Made by a program: the position numbers and the translations under genes
Origin: Peribolospora baueri
Taxonomy: Eukaryota
Length of the DNA stretch: 48,638 nucleotides
Direction: 5' to 3'
Assembly (NCBI GenBank): GCA_029717555.1
Contig: JAMDHS010000029.1
Span: forward strand, 186,001 to 234,638
Part shown: piece after piece, positions 24,188 through 34,932 of the stretch
Layout of the letters: each line of letters opens with the position of its first letter
Position numbering within the stretch: the stretch's first letter is position 1
The notes under the pieces: model-generated
The model's database searches: none
What the model was told of the DNA's origin: nothing
What the model saw: the letters and a program-made list of their open reading frames with translations, nothing else

Positions 24188-25323
24188 CTTGCTTGGCTCT
24201 CCTCATCCCTCCATTTAGGACTACCACTCTCTTCCCTTTCTTGGCGCTCTTGTCTTGTCGTCGTCGGGCTCCTTGCGCATGACGCTTTCATTCGTGAGGA
24301 GAGCACGGCTTTCCTGCCTTTGTCCAAGAACAAAACCCAAGTTCTACGGCGTCTCTCCGGACACGGTTCCAACCGTCCATCTGCACCACAGGGGAAGCGC
24401 CATTAGGAAGGAAGGAGGACGCAGGAAAGAAAGAGACGATGGGGGGGGGGAGCGAGATCACGTATGGCAAGGCGCAAGGACGGTCAAACGTCTCGAAAGT
24501 TACGGACTCGACTCGAGGAATGTGTACTCGCGATCTGTCCTCGAACATCTGTCGCCTGAAACGCGAGGCACGCACGCACGCGATCGTCTTCTCGCTCGTG
24601 CCTGAGACTGAGCACCACTAGGCAGAAGGAAGACCAGCGCGTGAAACGAGCGACATGGACTGAGTACGTGGACGTAGAGAGGCCGACCACATGCCAGTCG
24701 TGGCAGAGGACCGAGTAGGGATGGATGCTGGGCAAGGAGGAGCACACACAGGCGGCGGCGGCGGATGTCGGTGATATGGTCATGTGACCTGCCGCACCGT
24801 CAAATAGCCGGGGTCGAGTTGTACCACTACATTTTGCTCTCATCATATTAAACATGATTAACTCTCATCCCACCCAACCACCTCTCCATGGGCTTGGAAG
24901 TCCAAGCTGACTGGGCAGCCACGGCGATCCTCATCCATGGCTTGATTAGCGGCTTTTCCGTAGACTCTAGACGACACTCCTCTGGCCCCCCCGCTTGGCC
25001 CTCATCGCCCGTCCACGCGTAGTGAGTCTAGCAGACGTGCTCAGGTAGAGGAGGGCTTGGGCAAGGCGCTCCGCTTCAACCCTAGATGGTCTCCGCCCCC
25101 CGTCGGTGCGCAGACTCCGCGCGCTCAGACCAGCGTTCTGTCCGCTTACAGTCGACGGCTGCCTCTCTTTTCTACCCTACTCTCAACTATGTGCGCAGCC
25201 GACGAGCGAGAGTCAAGTCCGTGGTCGGCCTCTGTCTGCCACGAACTTCCGTGGTCGTACAAACCGGTCGGCCAGCTCGACGATCCCTTCCACCAACCCC
25301 CGTGCCCCTTCCATCTCACGACC

Positions 25324-28308
25324 ATGGAATCCCACGAGACGCCGCTTAGCTTCCCTTCTGTTCCCCCCGAGGCCCAGGCCGAATGCTCTTCCTCGTGCGT
25401 AGCCGCGGCCCCAGCAAAAGCGCCGAAGCGGGCGAGACCTGTGGAGCAGTCGCAGGGCGATGGACATCGCAGGAAGAAAAGTGAGCACCCCACGACTTCG
25501 CCCGCTCGCTTTCACGCCGCTTTTGCTGACAGGGCTGCAATCATGCTTGCGCCGCTGTAGAGAAGGACCCTGCACTCCATCGATACACCGTCGGCGAAAA
25601 GGTATACGAGCGCCAGTCCACAGGCTGCAAACATTCACGGTACGAGACGTGTGTGCCTTGCACGCAGTGCAGGGTCAAGCGTAAAGGCGACTCGTGTCGG
25701 TTCGTACGCGTCCGATCTTTCGAGGTGGACAGAGACGGCCACTTCCAAAAACCCATCTTTCGGTCGAGCGACGAGCCCGATCCGCCGGTTGAGTTCGAGA
25801 GGCCGCTCTTCAGGCAACCCGCTCCCGGACACCTCTCTCGAATAAAGGTAAGGGAGCGCTGCGCGGAGCGCCGAACGCTGATCTCACATGCTCCCTGATG
25901 GGTATCCCCGACTAATCGCTTGCCGCCACATCTTCTCCGACAAACCCAGACAACAGTCGCGAGTGCCCTTCTTCCCATCCTCGAGCGAGAACGCCAGCAC
26001 GCTCTCTTCCCAGGAGTGATCCGACGACCGCGCGAGCTGGGCACTCGCATCGTCTGTGACTTTTGTCTCACCGGACTTTTCTCCGCGTCTTTCCTCTGTT
26101 CCGCGTGCGGCAGGGAGTACTGCCTCGATTAGGCCAAAGACCTGGCCGACGCGGTGGGACGGGACGAGGAGTTGGCCAAGGGCAGCACGCTGGCCAGGTT
26201 GGCCACCTGTCAGCGCAAGTCGTTGCACAAGCCGAACGAATGGCTGCCTGTGACGAGGTTCCAGCTCGACGAGTTGCAGAAACATATTGTCGAGATGAAG
26301 GCCCTCGTTGGAGAAGATCATCGCGGCGATGGGGAAGGGAAAGATGCGGTGAAGGGCTTCTCTTCCGCTCAGCTGCCTCTCCATCTTGCCACTGACGACG
26401 AACAGCGCGCCCCCTTGTTCGGCTTCGAGTCCCCACTTACCCCACTTCCGTCCCCCGAGCCGGTACACGTCCCGCTCGAAAGCACCGTATCAGGGAAGGC
26501 GGCGGACGAGTGGATCGGCTGGCTGAAGGTCACGCGTCAAAGCATCGACGAACTGACGCACGATAAGTTCGCAAAGCTTTGGGCGAGCGGGGAGCCGTTG
26601 GTCGTCACCGGTATCATCGTCGGCCACCCGTCACGCACGGGCCTCGGCCTCCGGTGAACGGCGACAAGGCCGAAGACGAACCTCCCGTGAACGGTGGCAA
26701 GCCCGGAAACGAGCCTCCCGTGAACGGTGGCAAGGCCGAAGACGAGCCTCCCGTGAACGGTGGCGAGGCCGAACTTCCCCGGTGTCTTTCAGCACTCGAG
26801 CTGCGTCATCCCATTGGACCCCGGAGCGCTTCATACAGGACAACGGAGGCGACCCTTGCCTGGTAGTGGAATGCAACTCTGAGGAAGTGAGGCCGGCAAC
26901 GGTTGGGGACTTCTTCCATACGTTCGGAAAGGTGGGGGATGAGAAGACAACGAGTTTAAGGTCGGCGTCTGGAAGCTGAAGGTGTGTACATGCGGGGTTT
27001 GCTGCGATATAGCGACGCCCTCTGTCTCGAGGAACATTTCGTTGGTGCCTCATGTCGATTCCCTCGGGTTCTCCCCTTCCTTCCAGGACTGGCCGTCGAC
27101 CTCGGAATTCAATGTCGCCTTCCCCGCGCTCTTCGGAGACTTCCACGCCGCGCCCTCCCAGCTCCAGACTATACCCGACTAGACTGTTCTCTAAACATCT
27201 CGGCTTACTTTCCGTCGAACGCCCTGAAGCCCGACTTGGGTCCGAAGATGTACGCCGCCCATGCGGCCGATGAGGGTGAGTGGCAAAGGCGAGAGAAGTA
27301 CACCGACGCAAGAGGCGCGGTCAGCTCACCGTTGATGCCCTCGGAACTTGGCAGGGCCTGTCGGTCAAGGCTCCACGCGCCTGCACATACATGTCCGACG
27401 CGGTCAATATCATGGTGTACACCTCTCCATCCGTGTCTGATGGCTCAAAAGACACGCTGATGACTGCCGAGGAACCGGGCACGGCGGCATGGGACCTCTT
27501 CCCCGCCTCCGCCTCGGACGAAATCCGTTCCTTCATTCGCGCTCACCTCGCCTTCCGAGGCCTTCGTATTCCTCTGGACGACCCCATCCACGACCAGACT
27601 GTCTACATTGACTCTGAGATGCGGTGCAAGCTTTGGGCAGAGAAGGGCGTGCGAAGTTGGAGGATCTTACAGAAGCCGTCTTCATCCCGGCCGGATGCGC
27701 TCATCAGGTGGGGTGGTCGTTTCATTTCGTTTCAAGTGGCAGAAAAGGAGGATTGGATTAACGAACTAGCGACATCGCTCGCACATCGCATCCGCCGGCT
27801 CCACTTGGCCTTTTTCCGTCCTCCTTCCTCTTCCGCGCAGGTATCGAATCGCTCGGACTGCATCAAGATCGCCGTCGACTTCGTCTCGCCGGACAACGTC
27901 GGACGCTGCGCGCAACTGACGAGGGAGTTCCGAGGAATGACGAATGGGAGGGCTTGGAAGGAGGACGTGCTTCAGCTCAACCCTATGCTTTGGTGGGCGT
28001 GGCTGGCTTGCAGCATATGGCAACGCAATATGGACGGGGCCGAAAAAGAGTCGGACGGCCTTGGCGAACGTGCAGAGGAAGGAGGCGGCGGGGCTGATGG
28101 GACAAAGGTGGAAGAGATGGCGGCGTTGAAGGAAGAAGCGGTGGCGGCGGAACAGGGCGCAAATAACACGCTCGATGACTGTTTGGGGGAGGATATAGTG
28201 GAAGGCGAAGGGAAAGGGAAGACGAAGAAGGAGAGGGTGACGAGGAGGGGGAGAGGGAGGCCAAAACGGGGGAGAGGCCGGGGACGAGGATATGAGGAGA
28301 TGAGGTGA
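25324..28308 (+). pseudogene. Disrupted KDM3/JMJD1-type JmjC histone demethylase (unprocessed pseudogene)
   Basis: Recognisable blocks CTQC..DSCRF, CDFC..CSACGREYCLD, LWASGEPLVV, WTPERF, WKLK|DWP, PDLGPKMY, GSTRLH, DDPIHDQ, VFIPAGCAHQ|V, CIKIAVDFVSP, WKEDVLQL. Interrupted by TAG at 26130-26132 and frameshifts at about 26950, 27150, 27388 and 27676. Confidence 0.85.
26648..26773 (+). repeat. 33-bp minisatellite, about 3.8 copies (CCTCCCGTGAACGGTGGCAAGGCCGAAGACGAG consensus)
   Basis: Units start at 26648, 26681, 26714 and 26747. Confidence 0.92.
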
Positions 28309-28715
28309 AGGAGAAAAGGTCGCAGACGGACCAATGGTCGCCATGCGACAATTCTCAACGGCATTGCATGAAAGCCAACTGTGCTGGTTGGATGCAGAGG
28401 TGATTGCTTGGTACACGACAGGATGATCGATGCGGATGGTGAGCTGGTGGAGGTGACTGCTGACCTCACTGCCGGTGCCGCTACCATTTCCGAACATCTT
28501 TTCTCTGCTTGCTCCACACGAGCCCGTCATTTTTGGGAACTGTTCTGTAGCATGACAATCTCCATTTTTTGGACATTTTTTGCCGAGGTGATTACAGCCC
28601 CTCATCCATGAAACTTTCACACGGCGACAACGGTTAGAGGGCGAATGCCCAAAGATGCATTGCGGCGGCATGGGGGCGGAGAGCCACAGAGAGAAAGTAC
28701 ACGCAGACGTGTGCA

Positions 28716-29248
28716 TCATGATCGCACCGACCAGGAGTATTTGAGAGCTCCTAGTATCCGCTCGTCGTTGCCCTTCGTGACCAGTTTTCCTGGTTGAGCC
28801 AACGAAATGAGAGAACACAAAAATCCGACCAAGGCAAAAAAAACGTCACAAGAGGTACGTGCGCAAATCACGTCTCCATACGAACGCTGCTCGATTGAAC
28901 CCGAGCCAGCGAACGAGGAGAGAAGGCGGTGAAACGGTTGTGTTAGGACTCACCCTTCCAAAACAGCCTCCCCCACGCCCTCCCGTAAAGCCCCTCCTTC
29001 TTGAACCTAACTCTAGTAACCTCCCAATAGCATGCGCTCGAATCGGGGGCCATACCATTCGCGCCGTCGAGGTTCTTCTTCCCCCATCGATCCTGGTACA
29101 CCTTAGCTCCGATGCCGTCGCGAGGAAGGACGGAGAGCGCCTGATAGAGGTTCTTTCGCGGCGCTTGCGCCAGTCGGAGAGTTGATGAGGAAGAAATCAC
29201 AGAGGCGGGGAGGCCGAGAGAAGCTGCTGCTGCCCGGGAGACCGCCAT
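28716..29248 (-). CDS. Mitochondrial small-subunit ribosomal protein mS34-like. Exons 29248-28954 and 28789-28716
   Basis: Presequence-like N-terminus, then LPRDGIGAKVYQDRW...CYWEVTRV...GRAWGRLFWKG|KLV...ERILGALKYSW*. This matches my recollection of the MRP-S34 family. Clean GTGAGT..CAG intron. Confidence 0.72.
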
Positions 29249-29436
29249 GGCTGGACGAGTCGGTAGTCAGTTGGTGGGTGGTGTTGGAGGTGGACAGACA
29301 ACCCGATCGTATGCCGTCTGGCGAGTGCCGCAGTCTTGCGAAAGGAATCGCACCGAGTGCCGCAGTCTTTCATCTAACTGCGGAGAAACCTTCGTGGGTC
29401 TTCCGCTCAACCTCACTGTCTCCATCCCTCACCGCC

Positions 29437-31298
29437 ATGCCCGTCCCAGACGTCTCGTCGACTTCTACAACCGAACCCAAAGCGGCGAAGAAGAAGACCA
29501 AAGGCAAGTCTTCAAAGAAGGATGAACAGGAAGTTCCGGATAACGCGGTGGACGTAGCCGAGCTGCCAGGCGAGGTGAAAGACAAGGCTGAGGGCAAGGA
29601 AGAGAAGAGGAGGGAGAAGAAGAGCAAGAAAAGGAAGCACAGTGGAGATGAGGACGAGCGTGTGAAGGATGCAGACGGCCAAACCACGACGACGGCTGAT
29701 GGCGCTGGTGCAGACGTAAGCAAGGAGGAGGGTAAGCGGGAAGAGGAAGAGGTGGAGGCCGTCTCTCACAAGGAACGTCGCAAGCGCAAAAAGCTCGAAG
29801 CCAAGGGTCTCCTCCCAGATGCTTCGGGAAAGGACGCCGAAGAAACGAAGAAAGAGTCGTCATCCATAGCCAATGTCTCGGAACGACCGCAACGATCGGG
29901 CCACTGCGCTTGGGTGGGCAATCTCGCCTTCTCGACAACGCCTCAGCGGGTCCAGGACTTCTTCAAACAGTGCGGCACCATAACAAGGTTGCACATGCCA
30001 GTTGGGACGAGGAGAGGAGAACAAAACCGAGGGTGAGTCTCCGACTTTACCCTTTGTTCCTCGCGCTTCTACCGGCTGATTCGGGGCGCGCGCAAATATC
30101 TGCTTTCTTATGTGTGTGATACGGAATCCCTCTATTCTCCTTTTCAGCTTTGCATACGTCGATTTCGACACTGATGAAGCCAAGCAGAAGGCTTTAGCGC
30201 TCACGGAGCACAACCTGGATGGTCGCCGACTTCTGATCAAAGAAGGCTCCGATTTCACCGGTAGGCCCGCTCCTTCCGCTGATGCAGTCGCAGCTGCCGC
30301 CAGCGCTACTGAGATGGTCTCAGGCTCTGCCGGTGCCGTCGAGCGTTCGTCGAAGATGAATGAAGGCACCAACACGGGGGGCAAGACTGGCCTGACGAAA
30401 ACGGCCCAGAAAGTGCTTCGAGCCCAGAAGAACCCCCCTAGCTCTACGCTCTTCGTGGGCAACCTCAGCTTCGAGACGGAGGAGCAGAACATCTGGGATC
30501 TGTTTGAAAGGTCAGCCAGTGAAGCGAGGAAGTGGGCGAAGAAGGATAGGGAGGAGCGAAGGGAGAGGAGGAAGAGGAAAGTTGCGAAGGGCAAGAAGGG
30601 CGACGAAGGAGAGGAAGAGACGAGTGAGAGCGAGGACGAGGAAAGTGAGAGTGCAAGTGAGGAAGAGGAGCAGCGCCAGGACGGGGAGGGTGAGGGAGGG
30701 AATGCCGGTATTCGCAAGGTCAGGATGGGCACATTTGAGGATAGTGGGAAATGTAAAGGGTGCGCCTCTCTTCTTCACTCGCAACAGCATCAGCCACCTG
30801 CATGGAAAACAAAGTGGGCCGGTAGGCTCCACTAACTAATACCTTACATCCGTTTCTACCTTTTTTTGCCGCACGCTCAGCTTCGCTTTCGTGGACTTTC
30901 ACGCCGTCCCTCAAGCCACTGCCGCCCTGATCAACCCTCGCAACAAGTGGCTTCTCGGCCGAGGGATTGTGCTCCAGTATGCGGGCGCCGCCGCCACCCG
31001 TCGTTCGGGATACTCTACTGAGGGACCTCGCGCTGCAGTGAAAGGCAAGGGGAGGTTGCAAAAGCGGGAGAGACGGGCGGCCAGGTACGGTTCGGGCGAG
31101 GCGGAGGACGGGCGAGAGGACGGAATGGACGACGAGGAGCCGAAAGACTCGGAGGCGGCTCAAAGCGACCGACGACGAAACCAAAGGCAGGACAAGCACA
31201 GTTACAGGAGGCCCAAGCCGGGTGCTGCGTTGGCAAAGGCGCCCAGAGCTACGGCTGGTATCGTGGAGAGCACTGGCACGAAGATCACGTTCGATTGA
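29437..31298 (+). CDS. NOP13: Nucleolar two-RRM protein Nop13-like. Three exons (introns about 30033-30147 and 30760-30880)
   Basis: Lys/Glu-rich N-terminus; WVGNLAF, NRG|FAYVDF, LDGRRLLIKEGSDFTGRP, PPSSTLFVGNLSFE, KVRMGTFEDSGKCKG|FAFVDF; C-terminal PGAALAKAPRA..IVESTGTKITFD. Confidence 0.88.
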
Positions 31299-31398
31299 TC
31301 TGGATTACAGCCTTCTAGGCTTAAAAAGGGACACATTCAGGTCTCTGGTTGTAGAGGACACCATGCAAATCAATGCCATCAGTTTGCTAAAAAGTTAA

Positions 31399-31782
31399 GA
31401 CGATGCGGGACAGCGGGTGTGCACCGGTGGATATGGTCAAGAAGACCGCGAGCAAATAGCTTGAGCTACGTTCATACACCTGTCATGCCTGTCCGGTGGA
31501 TTAGAGACCTAACCCTAGGAAGAGGTTCAACTGCCTTCACCGTTCACGCCCCTCTCTGAGAGGAGAGGGAGACGAGCTGGACAGGGGGAAAAGGTACATT
31601 CAATCCCGACTGCATCGTCCGTCGTTGTGACGACCCGTCCGTCCTGCTCGTATTGCAACGTCCGTTGAGGGTTGGTCTGGGAGGACACAGTCATGGTCGT
31701 GGTCATTGCGGATGAGGCTCGAGCGGTTGGAAGCGGGCGGGTTGTTGGTGGCAGAACCGAGCCGACAGGTTTCTGCTTTTTT
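31399..31782 (+). ncRNA. Candidate structured non-coding RNA of unknown class
   Basis: Many nested helices found by eye, with G-U wobbles favouring the + strand. Ends in a hairpin plus T6. No ORF. Contains CCTAACCCTA. See findings. Confidence 0.35.
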
Positions 31783-31894
31783 CCGAGCCCATCTGCACGG
31801 CGTCTAGTGGGGCTATAGAAGCTCGGCTCGTGGACAGATTAGGGACAAGGGGAGAATGGAGCAATCTCTGCGGGGACGTTTTGCCCCCAGCTCT

Positions 31895-34393
31895 CTATTC
31901 CTCTTCCTCGCTCTCATCCTCCTCCTCGTCGCTGCCTTGTTCGTCTGCTGGCGCTGGCACGAGCCATCGATTGAGCCTGTATCGCGTCATGCAAATGGCA
32001 CATAATAAGGGAGAGCAGACACGGACCGATCGCACGTCAGTGTTTCTCCGCCTAACATTGGAAGGACTCTCCCAAGATCTGGAAAGAAGAAGACCGGACT
32101 TGGGAAGGGAAGAAAGGATGGACGGGTGGGGAGGAAGGAACGCACAGATGTACCAAAGGCCGCATCGTTCCGAGCGTCTCCACCACTTTGTCCTTGAAGT
32201 CCGACGCCAGAACTTCTTCGTCCCTGAAACTACCAGACCAAACGGGGTCGGGGGAGGACAAGGAGAAATACAGGGGCAGGTAGAGGTGGAGGGATGTGGC
32301 CGGAACAAACGGAAGGAAGGCGGGACAGAGCAGGTCGATCAACGTTGGGACCTATATCAGCAGCGTTGATCGATATGTGGCAGTGCCTGGACTCGAAAAA
32401 TGGACAGACAATGACGCACTATCGGACGACATGGAACGACCGAAGTTTGAGGAGATCGATGTCTCTGCGCGCGCATGCATGCGGGTAGGAAGAGATGTAT
32501 GCAATCGTCGAGCGGAGTGAGCAGCGAACTGATGCAATCAGCATTCCCTTCGTCCGGCAATCCAACGAATCAGCAGTATGGCCCTGGTCTTGGTCCTACC
32601 GACCGCCTCAACAGCTGGAGGATGTCGATCGCCTTTTTAAGGTGCGAACGAACGGCCGACTCACGGATGACTTTTGTCCACACCATCGATCTTGGGCGCA
32701 TTCTTCAGCTCGTCCTCTCCGCCGAACAAGCTCACCCTACACTTTTTCTGCTCCGCTTCCTCTTCCTTGATTCGTTCCTTCCCTTTGCCCTCGCCCTTAC
32801 TCTTGCCCTTTCCCTTGCCCTTCGCGGCGTCGCCACTCTCCCCTTTAGCCGACCTCGCGCCCTTACTTCCACTGCCGCCGGCACCGCTTCCACCGGTCCG
32901 ATACGGCCGGGGATCACCGAACATGTCCACGAACCGTTTCTCCTCGATGACCCTGCGCAGATCGCGCGGACGTTGGAGGATATGACGGCGGATCATCGCC
33001 AGATCGTCCTTCTCTGGGTGCCACTTGCCGCCTGCCAGTAGGGAGTCGCCGTTAGGAGAGACGGAGATGTGGTAGCTGAGAGGTTCGGACAGTGTGGAGG
33101 AGAAAGAGAAGGAGGCGACGGCGAAGAGAAGAGCGTTGGATATTGTCATAGCGAGTGTGTGAGGGCGAGGGCGAGTAGATGATCGCTCCATACAGAGCTG
33201 TCCGCTGTTCGCATACTCACCCAGCCCATCTACTTTTCCTGCCCGTGCGGCTGAACGTGGCCGACATGTTGGTTTTATATGGAGTCTGCGGGCGAGCGGC
33301 AGAGGCTGGACCGTGAGCCGGGAGAGAGCGCACATAGAAATGACGAAAAGGAAGGGCCGGGCCGGGCCAAGTCCAAATGCTCAGATGGCGAGCGACCTCT
33401 CTTACCTTGTCGTTGCTGAACCGAATGTCACGGTGGATTCTGTACGCGAGGTCCTTGACGGGAAGAAAGGGCAGCTCGTCGTCCACGTCCATGAGGAGGG
33501 GGACGAGGTGTTCGACGAATTGGTTCCAGTTGGAGAGAACGTAGCGGTAGACGAGTTCGTGGGCCCAGACTTGTGATCGACGAAGGAGAAAGGGACGAGA
33601 CCGGTGTCGAACGGGATGGATTTGGAGTCAGCACGAACGGTTTAAAGAGGTGCAGATAGACAAAATCGACCTCGAATTCCGCTACGCGGATCTTCAGAAG
33701 AGGAAGCAGAGGGAATCATTAGAACGAGAAAACGGCAACGCACACCACTCCCGCTCATTGCACTCCGGTTTCTGCAAGGAAGACAAAAAGCCGAGCAAGT
33801 TGGGTGATATCTGACCCGCCGGGACTGTTCGACGCACGACAGTGTTGGCGGGTGAACGAGCAAATGTAAGACGGAGTAAGACGTCGGTGGTCAGCGCTTG
33901 AGCGCCTGTCGGGGCTTCTGACCGTCAAGACGTTGACTGACGCAGTCCGTACGCGTGGAAGCGGTGTTGTAACGTACACTGCCCCGACCCGGCTCAGCTC
34001 ACCATGGCCAGTCTTGGGAGCCTCAATGACCTTGGCGACGACCCTCTTCATCCCGTTTTCGTCCCAGCCGTCCGAATCCACCCCGGCCTTTTCCGCTCCG
34101 TCTTCTGAGCGGCTTGACGAGTCTTCCGCGCCGGCCTGCTCATCCTCGCTCGTGTCGGCTTCGCTCAGGTCGGACTCAGACTCGGACTCGTCTTCCTCCT
34201 CTCCGGCCCCCACTTCTCGTCTGGCCCTCTTGGCCGGCCGCCTTGCTGTCCTCTTTCCCTTCGCTGTGCCCCTGCCTTCCGCCCGCGGCCTCGCCGGCAC
34301 GGTGGCCTTGCGGGACCCAACAAGCTTGAGAGGCGAGGAGACGAAGGAATCGACGTTTGTCCTGGAGCGGGGGGATCGGCGAGGCGCTACCAT
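31895..34393 (-). CDS. DUF2461 (TIGR02453-like) family protein, multi-exon, with a basic/acidic N-terminal extension and an acidic tail
   Basis: ATG at 34393. Motifs NDREWF-like, YRIHRDIRFSNDK|TPYKTNMSATFSRTGRK, LLAGGKWHP, DELKNAPK..DKSHP|DIDLLKLRSF, FRDEEVL. Confidence 0.85.
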
Positions 34394-34932
34394 CGCGTGT
34401 TTGCCGCCGTTCTTTTCGAGAAGCAAGGGAGAAGAGACAGTCACTAGCGAATGTGTTCCGCTCAGTGCTGCTGTGTCGCTCCCGACATCAACGCTGTCGT
34501 GGAAGCGATGGAGACAGAAGAGAGTAAAGAGACGAAGAGAACTGGATCGATTGGAGGTGAAGGGCGTCCTCCAGGGATGCCTGAGTCCCTGTTCTTATAT
34601 AGATGGGGTCACGCTCAGGGGACGAGTAACAAGGGAGGAGAAGGGGAAATGAGTGGGTCACGTGCGCCTGCGCGGCGTGTGCGAACAATGAATTCGTATA
34701 TGTATATGGGAGAGTGTTCAACGACAAACGCCGTCGTTGGTCCCGACGCTGGGCGGCGGATTGTAAGGCGGTGCCCGGAGGAACGGAAGGGGACGGGTGT
34801 AGGAGGAGTTGGGCGGAGATAGGACGACCTGAGCTCCAACCCCCGACCCGTCGACGACGATAGTTCTCCTTGGTATATATACCTATACCCTTGCTCCGCA
34901 CTCTTACCCACCCAACACACACCTATATCAGC

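Noticed and set aside
24892..25030. Short inverted repeats GCTTGGA/TCCAAGC and TAGACTC/GAGTCTA upstream of the JmjC pseudogene
   Set aside because: 7-bp arms are expected by chance; no TSD or transposase.
26130..26132. TAG in the JmjC gene as an A-to-I-edited or read-through stop
   Set aside because: Editing would give Trp, not the expected Cys, and several downstream frameshifts would remain.
26648..26773. 33-bp repeat as a CRISPR-like array
   Set aside because: Contiguous tandem units with no spacers, in a eukaryotic gene; it is a minisatellite.
28520..28585. Sm-site-like ATTTTTGG runs
   Set aside because: No snRNA 5' motifs nearby; more simply U-rich 3' UTR sequence between convergent genes.
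31294..31315. TTGATCTGGATTACAGC resembling part of a TPP riboswitch
   Set aside because: Lacks the AATACCAGCGAAAG segment and an upstream CTGAGA element, and NOP13 is not a thiamine gene.
31596..31619. CAATCCCGACTGC resembling RNase P RNA CR-V
   Set aside because: No CR-I (GGAAxxTCxG) partner to form P4. No U1-U6, SRP or MRP hallmark motifs seen either.
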